NCBI GenBank assembly: GCA_016933055.1 | Contig: JAFGBS010000026.1 | Location: forward strand, 1 to 32,000 | Direction: 5' to 3' | DNA from: Promethearchaeota archaeon | Lineage (GTDB): Archaea > Asgardarchaeota > Lokiarchaeia > Sigyniarchaeales > Promethearchaeaceae | Length of the DNA stretch: 32,000 nucleotides | In this document: positions 17,944 to 27,165 of the stretch, one piece after another | Position numbering within the stretch: the stretch's first letter is position 1 | Layout: every line of letters starts with the position of its first letter | Program-made: the position numbers and the translations under genes | Notes under the pieces: generated by a model | The model's database searches: none | Told to the model about the DNA's origin: nothing | The model's input: only the letters and a program-made list of their open reading frames with translations

Positions 17944-20412
17944 ATGATTGCAAACACCAAAAATTTATATCGGTTTCCTATAAATGCAAGCTTAATGACC
18001 AATGACTCTCCTTTGTATGAGAAAATCGAAGTACCGATTAAGAGTTTATTTCCTCTTGACAGAAACTATGCATTTTTAGCCGGTGCTGGAATTTCGATGG
18101 ATTCACCCTCCGATATGCCCTCAGCAAAACAGATGGTGATCCAATTGCTGAAATTGGTAGCACCAGAGGAGGAAGTGCATAATATTCTCCAATTGGATTC
18201 TTTACGCTTCGTAACGGTCGTGGAACTTATCCAAAATATTATTGATATGGATTTGAGGTTTTTAGATTATATGGAGCTAATAACCACTCCTAATCTTATC
18301 CATTTCTTCTTATCCCGATTAATTGTAAAAGGACATTCAATTGTAACTACAAATTTTGACTATTTGCTTGAATATGCCCTCAAACAAATCCTCCCTGCCC
18401 CAAAATACAAAAATATTCGGATTTTTGCCACAAAACAAAATTATATCGATGGGTCATTAAAACCCGAAATACTGCAAAATGCTTACAATCTCGTTAAAAT
18501 TCATGGTTCAAAACGAAATGTTATCACTATTACTGCCATACAGGATTCTATTGTCACCACAACCAGTGCTTTGGGTAGTGATCGGTCAGAGGAGGATACT
18601 TTTCTAATTAACTCTAACAAAAAAGATGTTATATATTCTCTAATGAAAGATCGCACATTAGTAGTCGTAGGATATTCTGGAAATGATGATTTTGGCATTT
18701 CGTCCCTAGTTAATGAGCTTCCGTTTCTCTCCCGTGTCATATGGATTGAACACTCAAACCAAGATAAATTTGAGATTCTCCGTTTCAGAAAACTACCTGT
18801 AAATGAAGATGAGGAGAACTATGTAGAAAATCAAAATAAGTCTCATCCCCCATTAGATCTCCTATTATCCAATCTACACATGAAACATGGATATGAGACG
18901 TTATTAATACGAGGTAATACAAAGATCTTAATTCAACATCATTTATGGTCTATTTTTCACCCCGACGTTCCTGCAGAAATTCATCCCCCAAGTTCTGGTC
19001 AACTCAACACAAGTTTTAATGATTTTGTTTTAAAACAATATAGAACAATAACTGGAACACAAAAATATCTCTTTGGTACGCAATTATTTTTCAAACTCAA
19101 ACAAATTCCCGCAGCAGTTCGTTGTGCACGTAGAGGTTTAGCATCTGCATCAATTACTGATGCACTAGCGGCTAAGTCAACGTTTTTGACCCTTCTCGGT
19201 TTATCTTATCAACTTCAAGAAGAGCACAAAAAAGCCTTAGATTTTTATAGTCGCGCTTTGCTTGTGAATAAAGAACTGGGAAACATTCCGGCTCAAGCTT
19301 CTCTCTTGAATAATATTGGTTCTGTATATAGGGAACTGAGAATATATGAAAAAGCCATTTCACATCATGAATTAGCTTTGAGAATCTGTGAAGAATTAGG
19401 AGATGTATCGGGGAAAATAACAGCTTTAGACAACTTGGGGCGCGTCCACGAGAAACACGGACAATATCAAAAAGCCAAGGATTATTATATCACAGCATTA
19501 GATTTCGCAGACAAGACTGGTGACCTCGAACGGAAAGTAATACTCCACAATAATATCGGGAAAATAATTAGCTCAGAGGATCCTAATACAGCAATCTTAC
19601 ACTATAAAAACGCATTGAAAGTTACGGAACTGTTAGGGGATTTACAAGGACAGAATATTTTATATAACAATATAGGCGCAGTTCTTCAGGAAAAAGGAGA
19701 TTTGGAGACTGCTATTTCTATGTTTAAAAAAACCGCCTTATTAGCCGAAAAGCTGGGGAGTATGTCGAAAAAAGCAGAGGCGTTAAGCAATCTTGGTTCA
19801 GTGTATCTCATTCGAAGTGATCTTGAAAAATCTGTGGAATATTTCAAGGAAGCAAGTATATTAGAAGAAAATCTTGGTAATCCAAAGTTAGCGGGTTTAT
19901 ATTACAACAAGATTGGAATCATAATGCAAAAAACCGGAAAACTTGAGAAAGCAATTGAATTCTATAAAAAAGCTCTGTTGAAGTTCGAATCCATTGCAGA
20001 TATGCATAATATCGCAATTATTTTAAGTAAATTAGGGGATTGCACTATTACCAAGAAGCAATACACAGAAGCGATTAGATATTTTCAGTGGGCGAGGAAA
20101 TTATATGCTTCCCCCGAATTGGATGATTTGGAAAATTATGCAGCAATTACAAATAACCTCGCAAAATGTTATGAAAATATTGGTAAACATACAGAAGCCT
20201 TAAGATATTATGAGGAAACTTTGGAAATACATGAAGAACTAGGAGATATTAAGCAAATCGCTGTGGATTTTTTTAATATCGGCAAAATTCAGCAACTCCA
20301 AGAGCATCTTCCAATTGCGGTGGATAATCTACGAAAAGCTCTAGACTTGTTTTCCCAACTGGGGATGGAAGACCAAGTAAAATCAATTCAACATCTACTC
20401 AATACATTATAA
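17944..20412 (+). CDS. SIR2-like domain fused to tetratricopeptide repeats
   Basis: FLAGAGIS, TTNFDYLLE, KIHGS and VVGYSGNDD SIR2 motifs; about ten 39-42-aa TPRs with N(N/K)(I/L)G signatures in the C-terminal half. Confidence 0.9.
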   Translation: MIANTKNLYRFPINASLMTNDSPLYEKIEVPIKSLFPLDRNYAFLAGAGISMDSPSDMPSAKQMVIQLLKLVAPEEEVHNILQLDSLRFVTVVELIQNIIDMDLRFLDYMELITTPNLIHFFLSRLIVKGHSIVTTNFDYLLEYALKQILPAPKYKNIRIFATKQNYIDGSLKPEILQNAYNLVKIHGSKRNVITITAIQDSIVTTTSALGSDRSEEDTFLINSNKKDVIYSLMKDRTLVVVGYSGNDDFGISSLVNELPFLSRVIWIEHSNQDKFEILRFRKLPVNEDEENYVENQNKSHPPLDLLLSNLHMKHGYETLLIRGNTKILIQHHLWSIFHPDVPAEIHPPSSGQLNTSFNDFVLKQYRTITGTQKYLFGTQLFFKLKQIPAAVRCARRGLASASITDALAAKSTFLTLLGLSYQLQEEHKKALDFYSRALLVNKELGNIPAQASLLNNIGSVYRELRIYEKAISHHELALRICEELGDVSGKITALDNLGRVHEKHGQYQKAKDYYITALDFADKTGDLERKVILHNNIGKIISSEDPNTAILHYKNALKVTELLGDLQGQNILYNNIGAVLQEKGDLETAISMFKKTALLAEKLGSMSKKAEALSNLGSVYLIRSDLEKSVEYFKEASILEENLGNPKLAGLYYNKIGIIMQKTGKLEKAIEFYKKALLKFESIADMHNIAIILSKLGDCTITKKQYTEAIRYFQWARKLYASPELDDLENYAAITNNLAKCYENIGKHTEALRYYEETLEIHEELGDIKQIAVDFFNIGKIQQLQEHLPIAVDNLRKALDLFSQLGMEDQVKSIQHLLNTL

Positions 20413-20431
20413 ACATCTAGGAATACGGAAT

Positions 20432-21346
20432 ATGATCTGGAATTATCTAATTGCTATCTTTATGGGAATTTGGAATAGTGTACTAATGAATCTAGCACAA
20501 GCGATGGAACGACATGGTATCGTAATCTTTGACAAAAAAACAAAGTCCCATGCTTCAGAATATCAATCTGAAGAGAAAAAAGGAAAAAAACCCTTAATTT
20601 ATACCATTGGGGTTATTTTAAATCAAACCCCCCCATTATGGATAATGATCTCTAATATATTTGCTCCCTTTACATATTTCACCTCCATGTACGGAATTGG
20701 ATTGATAGTGTTGTTGATCTATTCCGCAAAAATACTTAATGAGAAACTAACTACACGTAAAATTGTGGGAGCTGCAATTTTGATTTTAGGGACAATTACA
20801 TTAGGAATTGATGGAATTTTGCAACCCGAGCTGGATATGTCTGAGATCAATATTATTTCATCGTCCATATTTGTAGGAGGACTTGCTGTATTAGCAATAA
20901 TTCTCATACCTACATCATTGCACACGAAAAAACCGAAAATAATTGGAATTTGCTTTGGATTTATTTGTGGAAGTTTTCAGAGCTTGGATCCCGTCATAAA
21001 AGGGATCGGCCAATCATTTGGTGCGGAGAACACGGGATTTTTTCCCTCCACTCCTATTGGGTGGATAATTTTTTCAGCTAGTTTTCTTGCAGCTACCATT
21101 TCTTTTCTTTTGGCGCAAGTAGGATTCAGTAAAAAGACCGATGCATCGGTACAAGTACCAGTAGCCAATTCATCATTCATCATAATACCGATTCTGATTC
21201 AAGCAATAGCTTTACCGGGTTATTATATTAAAATTCTTACAATAATTGGCGTTACGGTTGTAATTTCTGGAATCCTTTTAATGCAAGTACATCCATTTGT
21301 TGCTTCTTCTCTTCCTTCGTCATCTATATCGAAGGATTCCCTTTAA
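20432..21346 (+). CDS. DMT-superfamily membrane protein
   Basis: About 9 TM segments in two halves; ILNEKLT..KIVGAAILILG motif typical of DMT/EamA-like transporters. Confidence 0.7.
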   Translation: MIWNYLIAIFMGIWNSVLMNLAQAMERHGIVIFDKKTKSHASEYQSEEKKGKKPLIYTIGVILNQTPPLWIMISNIFAPFTYFTSMYGIGLIVLLIYSAKILNEKLTTRKIVGAAILILGTITLGIDGILQPELDMSEINIISSSIFVGGLAVLAIILIPTSLHTKKPKIIGICFGFICGSFQSLDPVIKGIGQSFGAENTGFFPSTPIGWIIFSASFLAATISFLLAQVGFSKKTDASVQVPVANSSFIIIPILIQAIALPGYYIKILTIIGVTVVISGILLMQVHPFVASSLPSSSISKDSL

Positions 21347-21804
21347 TCCTCGAAATTTAGCTCATCTCGGTGAAACATGCTCTCAGCGTAATTTAGAAAC
21401 CAAATTTTCTTAGGAGTGAATTCAAGAATCACTCGTTTATGCCTTGGAATTCTGTTAAACACCGGAAATTTCTTCTCCATGATATCAAAATTATCATTAA
21501 ATCCCTCACCCCCATATGTCAAGATATTAGGAGTTGCAGAAACTTGTAATGCTTGTAGATTTTGCACATTTTCTAATGTTATCTCAATGTCTTCATGAAT
21601 TTCATAAAACACGTGTGGATTTTCCTTGATATTTTGGACTTTTTTCGAATTAGGTCTAACAGCCACAATAACAATAAATCCGTCATTCGCATACTCTAAA
21701 GCAGTTGCATCTGGTGTTCCATTTGAACTTGCAGTTGCCATTGTCAAAATTCGATGAGTATTGAGATAATGAAGAACTTTTTGCTTCAATTTATCTTGTT
21801 CCAT
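21343..21804 (-). CDS. Pyridoxamine 5'-phosphate oxidase-like FMN-binding split-barrel protein
   Basis: LTMATASSNGTP and SKKVQNIKENPHV motifs; 4-nt tail-to-tail overlap with the neighbouring gene. Confidence 0.85.
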   Translation of the reverse strand: MEQDKLKQKVLHYLNTHRILTMATASSNGTPDATALEYANDGFIVIVAVRPNSKKVQNIKENPHVFYEIHEDIEITLENVQNLQALQVSATPNILTYGGEGFNDNFDIMEKKFPVFNRIPRHKRVILEFTPKKIWFLNYAESMFHRDELNFED

Positions 21805-21964
21805 TCTTCTTCACAAATAATAAGGATTTTTGCGGCTTTAAACTGGATTTCATTGATGGGACGTAATATTATCGAATTCACTTGAAATAATATTCGCATA
21901 TGGACAGATTTTTGAACACCAATAGATTTATAGTGAGATATCACCAATCTACAGATGATGAATC

Positions 21965-22144
21965 ATGGGAAAGGAAAATGAAGACGATTATGTCCCAAAA
22001 TATATTAATTTAGAAGCTATATTGAAAATGCTCTTGGAAAAACTTAATCTAGAAATTGATAGTAATGCTAAGAATCTGGTAGCAATTTATTTTGATAAAG
22101 CGATTGAGAAAGCAGCTGCAGAATTATCGACAAAATTTCGGTAA
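21965..22144 (+). CDS. 59-aa ORF absent from the ORF track; possible truncated histone-fold protein
   Basis: ATG at 21965 to TAA at 22142-22144; MGKENEDDYVPKYINLEAILKMLLEKLNLEIDSNAKNLVAIYFDKAIEKAAAELSTKFR; protein-like composition, fills the intergenic gap, TTTATA about 35 nt upstream. Confidence 0.6.
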   Translation: MGKENEDDYVPKYINLEAILKMLLEKLNLEIDSNAKNLVAIYFDKAIEKAAAELSTKFR

Positions 22145-22156
22145 GATGGTAATAAA

Positions 22157-23707
22157 ATGACATCTTCTAATCAAAAACCTAACGTATTATTCATAATCTG
22201 CGATGCATTACGTGCTGATTACTTGGGATGTTACGGTAATCCCGACATACAAACTCCGAATATTGATAGATTAGCGAAGCAAGGCATGCGGTTTGTGAAT
22301 TATTACGCTGCAAATCCGATCTGCATGCCTAATAGAGCCTCTTTATTGACTGGGCAATATCCTAACACTCATGGAGTACGCTCAAACGGGATGATTATGG
22401 ATGAAATGATTCCAACACTAGTGAAAACACTAGCTAAACGGGGGTGGCATACCGCTGCAATAGGGAAAATCCATCATCAATTCTGGATGGGATCGACTAG
22501 TCGAAAATATAAATCTGCGGAAGACATTGCCTCATGGGTGATGAAACCCGAACAACAAAAACTATATCCCGTAGCTGAGAACTTTCCCTTACCATATTAT
22601 GGATATGAGGAAGTAGAAGTGGTGAGTGGAAACGGATGTATTTGTTCAGGTCATTATACTAAATGGCTTGAAAAGAAGAATTCAGAAGTTTCTCAAGAAA
22701 TAATAACCCGTTGCTATGATTTTCGTCAACTTTTTGATTTATTCTGTGCACCGATTGCGGAGGAATATAATAGTTCCACTTATATTACTGAACGAACTAT
22801 AGCATTTCTTGACCGAGTAGCAAATAAGAAATATGGAGACAAACCATTTTACCTTCATTGTTCATTTAATGATCCTCACTACCCAATTTATCCTCCTGAT
22901 CGACTACAAGAGAGATATAAAACCAAAGATATGCATTTACCTGAGAATTTTAACGATAAGAACAATCTCAAGAGCCACAAATATTTGAGTAATTTTCTAT
23001 ATACCAATCCAGATGCGTTTTTCAAAAAAGCGTTTCTAAAAGAAACCCATGAAGAAGAATTAAAGAAATTAAAAGCACTTACCCTAGCGAGTATTGCCTA
23101 TGTTGATGAATGTGTCGGAAAAATACTAAAGCATCTTGAAGATGTTGGACAAGCTGATAATACAATCGTCATTTTTACGAGTGATCACGGAGATTTAATG
23201 GGTGATCACGGGTTATTGTTCAAGGGTCCATGTCCCTATGATGGAATTATGAAAATTCCACTAATATGGAGGAATCCCGATATGATTAACTCAGGTATTG
23301 TATGTGATTCCTTTATCAGCTCGGTCGATTATACTCCTACCCTTCTCACCCTCTTAGGGGTAAAACCGAAATTCCATCCTCCTAATATGCAAGGATTTGA
23401 TATGACTCCCTTATTTCAAAATCCGAATAAGGAAATCCGAGAGCACTGTTATATTGAAGCAGATGAGGAAATGAATCCAATGGTCTCTCGTTTGCGTCAT
23501 TTAATAACAAAACAATTCAAATTAACCGTTTATGAAGAAATGCCAGGTTTTGGTGATTTATATGACCGACTTAATGATCCTCTCGAATTAACTAATCTAT
23601 GGGAGCATCCCAATTATCAGAAAATCAGGGTAGAATTGGTGGAAAAATTATTGTTTGAGGTTTTAAAAAATCAATCAAGATTTCCAAGAAGAATTGCAGG
23701 CTCTTGA
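22157..23707 (+). CDS. Sulfatase (Cys-type, formylglycine-dependent family)
   Basis: NVLFIICDALR, CMPNRASLLTG (CxPxR), IGKIH and FTSDHGD motifs. Confidence 0.93.
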   Translation: MTSSNQKPNVLFIICDALRADYLGCYGNPDIQTPNIDRLAKQGMRFVNYYAANPICMPNRASLLTGQYPNTHGVRSNGMIMDEMIPTLVKTLAKRGWHTAAIGKIHHQFWMGSTSRKYKSAEDIASWVMKPEQQKLYPVAENFPLPYYGYEEVEVVSGNGCICSGHYTKWLEKKNSEVSQEIITRCYDFRQLFDLFCAPIAEEYNSSTYITERTIAFLDRVANKKYGDKPFYLHCSFNDPHYPIYPPDRLQERYKTKDMHLPENFNDKNNLKSHKYLSNFLYTNPDAFFKKAFLKETHEEELKKLKALTLASIAYVDECVGKILKHLEDVGQADNTIVIFTSDHGDLMGDHGLLFKGPCPYDGIMKIPLIWRNPDMINSGIVCDSFISSVDYTPTLLTLLGVKPKFHPPNMQGFDMTPLFQNPNKEIREHCYIEADEEMNPMVSRLRHLITKQFKLTVYEEMPGFGDLYDRLNDPLELTNLWEHPNYQKIRVELVEKLLFEVLKNQSRFPRRIAGS

Positions 23708-23728
23708 ATAAAAAAAAAGATGAGAATT

Positions 23729-24613
23729 TTATGATATGACTCCATTCATCATCTCGAACACTTTGTAAAGACCGTGTGTTCCTAGGTTTTCCAATCCAAC
23801 TGCCATCGCGGCTTTATAGAATTGATACACTAAAGCAAGCCCTGGTAATGATAAATTCATTAAATCTGCTTCCCGAAGTGCAATTTTCATATCCTTTACA
23901 AAATGCTTGATAAAAAATCCGGGGTCAAAATTACCTTTCACGATTCGAGGACCTAGGTTATTGATTGACCAGCATCCTGCAGCACCACTCCCAATCACAT
24001 TTATTACTTCCTGTAAGTCATTTCCTGCTTTATAGGCATATAATAAGGATTCCACTACCCCAATCATCGTTCCTGCAATGAGAATTTGATTGCTCATCTT
24101 GGTGTGCTGACCTGCGCCTGCTTTCCCCATATAGGCGATATTCTTCCCCATATTCTTAAATAAAGGGAGAACTTTATCGTATGTTTCTTTATCTCCCCCT
24201 ATCATGATTGCTAAAGTACCGTTTTTTGCTCCAACATCTCCCCCCGAAACGGGTGCATCTAACGAGGAAACACCTTTTTTCTTTGCATGTTCGTAAATTG
24301 TTTGAGCTAGTGTCGGTTCCGAAGTCGTCATATCCACAACGATTTTTCCTTTGGACGCACCCGCCAGTACACCATCCTTTTCCATGTAAACTTGTTCAAC
24401 GTCTTTCGGAAAACCCACTATGGTGAATATAATATCTGCTTTCTCTGCTACTTCTTTCGAGTTATCGCACCATATTGCACCCAGTTTTAATATCTCCGTT
24501 GCTGTGCTTTTTGTTCGAGTATACACATGCATTTCGTGGCCATCTTTCATAAGATTTGCACACATGCTCTGCCCCATAACACCTAATCCAATAAATCCTA
24601 GTTTCTGTTTCAT
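23729..24613 (-). CDS. NAD(P)-dependent beta-hydroxyacid dehydrogenase (3-hydroxyisobutyrate dehydrogenase / 2-hydroxy-3-oxopropionate reductase family)
   Basis: GFIGLGVMG, DAPVSGGDVGA, GQHTKMSNQ and HFVKDM motifs. Confidence 0.93.
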   Translation of the reverse strand: MKQKLGFIGLGVMGQSMCANLMKDGHEMHVYTRTKSTATEILKLGAIWCDNSKEVAEKADIIFTIVGFPKDVEQVYMEKDGVLAGASKGKIVVDMTTSEPTLAQTIYEHAKKKGVSSLDAPVSGGDVGAKNGTLAIMIGGDKETYDKVLPLFKNMGKNIAYMGKAGAGQHTKMSNQILIAGTMIGVVESLLYAYKAGNDLQEVINVIGSGAAGCWSINNLGPRIVKGNFDPGFFIKHFVKDMKIALREADLMNLSLPGLALVYQFYKAAMAVGLENLGTHGLYKVFEMMNGVIS

Positions 24614-24693
24614 GAGTTAGCTATCGCTAAATGGATTAAAAATTCTCGTAATTTTAATATGTATGTGTATGTGTATATATTATTGGATATCTC

Positions 24694-24909
24694 ATGACAA
24701 CGAAAACTATCTCCATAAAAAAAGAAGTTTATGATATTTTGATTAGTATGAAGAGAATGAATGAGAGTTTTAGTGATTTATTCCTTCGGTTAGCAGAAAA
24801 AGAAAAACCGATGACTATTATTAAAGATATTATCGGAACGATGGATTTAGGAGATACTGATACCCTTATTCAAGAAATCCATAATCGTTGTGAGGATTGG
24901 CGAGGATGA
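24694..24909 (+). CDS. vapB: Antitoxin, archaeal VapB (ribbon-helix-helix type)
   Basis: KTISIKKEVYDIL..MK...ESFSDLFLRL pattern; ATGA overlap with the downstream PIN gene. Confidence 0.85.
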   Translation: MTTKTISIKKEVYDILISMKRMNESFSDLFLRLAEKEKPMTIIKDIIGTMDLGDTDTLIQEIHNRCEDWRG

Positions 24910-25298
24910 TTGTATTGGATACCGACGTGATAATCAAACTTATTGACAAGAAACACACCCCTTTCCAATCAGTTCTCATAAATAAACTCGAGGAAATTCA
25001 AGATGAAGATATTGTAACTACAGCATTAAATTTGGAGGAACTACTTTATGGGTTGTGTAAACGGAACAAGATTATTGATTTTTCCCATCCCATTTTCCGA
25101 TTGGAGGTTCTTCCCTTTAATGCGGAAACTGCTATGAGGGCAGCACAATTAGAACATTATCTCCAAAAAAAGGGCAAGAAGAAAACTCGAGGAGATATTT
25201 TAATAGCATCCATCGTATTGGAACAAAATGCAACTTTATTTACTTTACATACAAAAAAGTTCGAAGACTTTGAAGATTTATCTCTTGTGAAATTCTAA
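24906..25298 (+). CDS. vapC: PIN-domain toxin VapC
   Basis: IVLDTDVII, EELLYG and RGDILIASI motifs. ATG at 24906 overlaps the vapB TGA and is preferred over the TTG at 24897. Confidence 0.9.
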   Translation: MIVLDTDVIIKLIDKKHTPFQSVLINKLEEIQDEDIVTTALNLEELLYGLCKRNKIIDFSHPIFRLEVLPFNAETAMRAAQLEHYLQKKGKKKTRGDILIASIVLEQNATLFTLHTKKFEDFEDLSLVKF

Positions 25299-25364
25299 AA
25301 GACCTAAATTCTCACCTAACAACTATATTATATGCCAAATGAACATATAATAATGTGAAAAATA

Positions 25365-27101
25365 ATGAGTGAAATCGAATCCGAACAGACAGTTTCTGAA
25401 GAACTTCAATTCGTATACAGGAAGGAATTATGGTTTGCGAATCTTATTATTAATTCTACTCAAATTGACATGAAGACTATAGTGCACAAACTTAAAGAAT
25501 TCCTCGTAACTAAGTTGAAAAATCTCACTAAACAAGATATTCCCAATTGTGCTTGGAGCAATGATCTCCAAAAGAAAGTATTGGAGATTGCAAAACACTT
25601 AACTCTCACTATTTCATGGAATCCCGTACTTCTGAACTTCCCCTTTCAAGTAGAAAAATTGACCTATAATCAAGCGGGTTTTCTGGAATTTGATGTGGAA
25701 TATTTTAAGGGAAATTTAGAACGGAAAAGGCAATTAAAACCATGGATTTTACATGAAGTCCCGATATTCATCTTGACTCAGCTGAAGGAATATTTTACTC
25801 AAATTGATTATGTCATAGTCGATAAGGATCCTATGTACATGGTTGCGATTGCAGATCGGACCGAAGAAAGGGGGTTGCGAGTAGAAGTACCTTGGACGAA
25901 TATTGAAATGGAAAGACAAAAAAAATGCATTTTCCAATGGATTTCATTATATTCAGGACGATGGGATGATTTTCGAGATTCTTATTTGGAAAATACTGTG
26001 GAGGGGAATTTGGCTTATCGAAAATCGGAACTTCATTATATTCGAGATGAATCTGCATTTTTTTATATCGCCGAGTCAGATTTCAATGAATTTTTCGAAT
26101 CTTACTATAAATCCCGCATAATTAGAACGATTGGGGAAATCAGAGCGTTTCAAAATGCGATAATTGCCGTAAATAAATCTATCGATGAGTTAAAAACCAA
26201 TATCAATACTGCCGCTTACTTTAAATTGGAAAACGTGACTTTAACACTTTCAAAATTGGAGTATCTCGTGGGTGTGGTGGACAGCAGAATCAGTGAAATA
26301 AAAAATGACTTAGAATCGAACAGATATCGGTATTATAAAAAGGTGCTATTACATCTAGTTGAAATTATGGATATTGAACAGTTATCCGAACAATTACAGA
26401 GCAAAATTAGCCAAATCTCCGAATCCTTACAAAATCGCTATCGTAAAATACAACAAGTAAGTCAAGAACAACTGGAAAAATCTACTTTCTTCCTAAATAT
26501 TCTTTTCGGCCTCGGATTGTTCACTGATATAGTTGCACTAGGAGTAACCTTTGTATTCGCTTTATTCGGTGATCCTGGACTTGAAAATACGATTATATTA
26601 CTTTTATCGGGTATTTTTGGATCAATTTGTTTGATACTCATCTTTTATATTACCCATCGCATCATACGATTGCGAAAAAAGGATTCAGGGAAAAATCCGA
26701 TGCGGACTGTGGATGCAGTTATTATTGATGATAACAATAGAATTTTATTAATAAAAAGAAGATGGGAACCATTTAAAGGAGCTTATGCTCTTCCCGGAGG
26801 ATTTATTGAGCTTGCAGAAGAGCATATCGACGCCTTAGTGCGAGAAACTCGAGAAGAAACGGGTGTGGAATTACAATATGGAGAAATGCAATTCATCAAA
26901 GTATTTGATGACAAGAATCGCGATCCTCGTGGTCCAGTGCATTCATACGCTTATCTTTGTCGAGTGGATGATATTGAAGAACGGACACGTAATTATCATG
27001 ATAAAGGTCGTTTACTAATCATTCATATTAACGATTTAAAAGATTTTAAACTCGCATTTGACCATAGATATATAATCAAAGCGGCATTGAAGCGAGTTTA
27101 G
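25365..27101 (+). CDS. Fusion protein: large soluble/helical domain + 2 TM + C-terminal Nudix hydrolase (ADP-ribose pyrophosphatase-like)
   Basis: Canonical Nudix box GFIELAEEHIDALVRETREETGV, plus RDPR and LAFDH motifs; two hydrophobic segments preceded by long amphipathic helices. Confidence 0.85.
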   Translation: MSEIESEQTVSEELQFVYRKELWFANLIINSTQIDMKTIVHKLKEFLVTKLKNLTKQDIPNCAWSNDLQKKVLEIAKHLTLTISWNPVLLNFPFQVEKLTYNQAGFLEFDVEYFKGNLERKRQLKPWILHEVPIFILTQLKEYFTQIDYVIVDKDPMYMVAIADRTEERGLRVEVPWTNIEMERQKKCIFQWISLYSGRWDDFRDSYLENTVEGNLAYRKSELHYIRDESAFFYIAESDFNEFFESYYKSRIIRTIGEIRAFQNAIIAVNKSIDELKTNINTAAYFKLENVTLTLSKLEYLVGVVDSRISEIKNDLESNRYRYYKKVLLHLVEIMDIEQLSEQLQSKISQISESLQNRYRKIQQVSQEQLEKSTFFLNILFGLGLFTDIVALGVTFVFALFGDPGLENTIILLLSGIFGSICLILIFYITHRIIRLRKKDSGKNPMRTVDAVIIDDNNRILLIKRRWEPFKGAYALPGGFIELAEEHIDALVRETREETGVELQYGEMQFIKVFDDKNRDPRGPVHSYAYLCRVDDIEERTRNYHDKGRLLIIHINDLKDFKLAFDHRYIIKAALKRV

Positions 27102-27165
27102 CACCTGTAAATATATTTCGCTTATTTTACTTTTTTTCACTTTATCTGAGTTATATTGATGCTTT

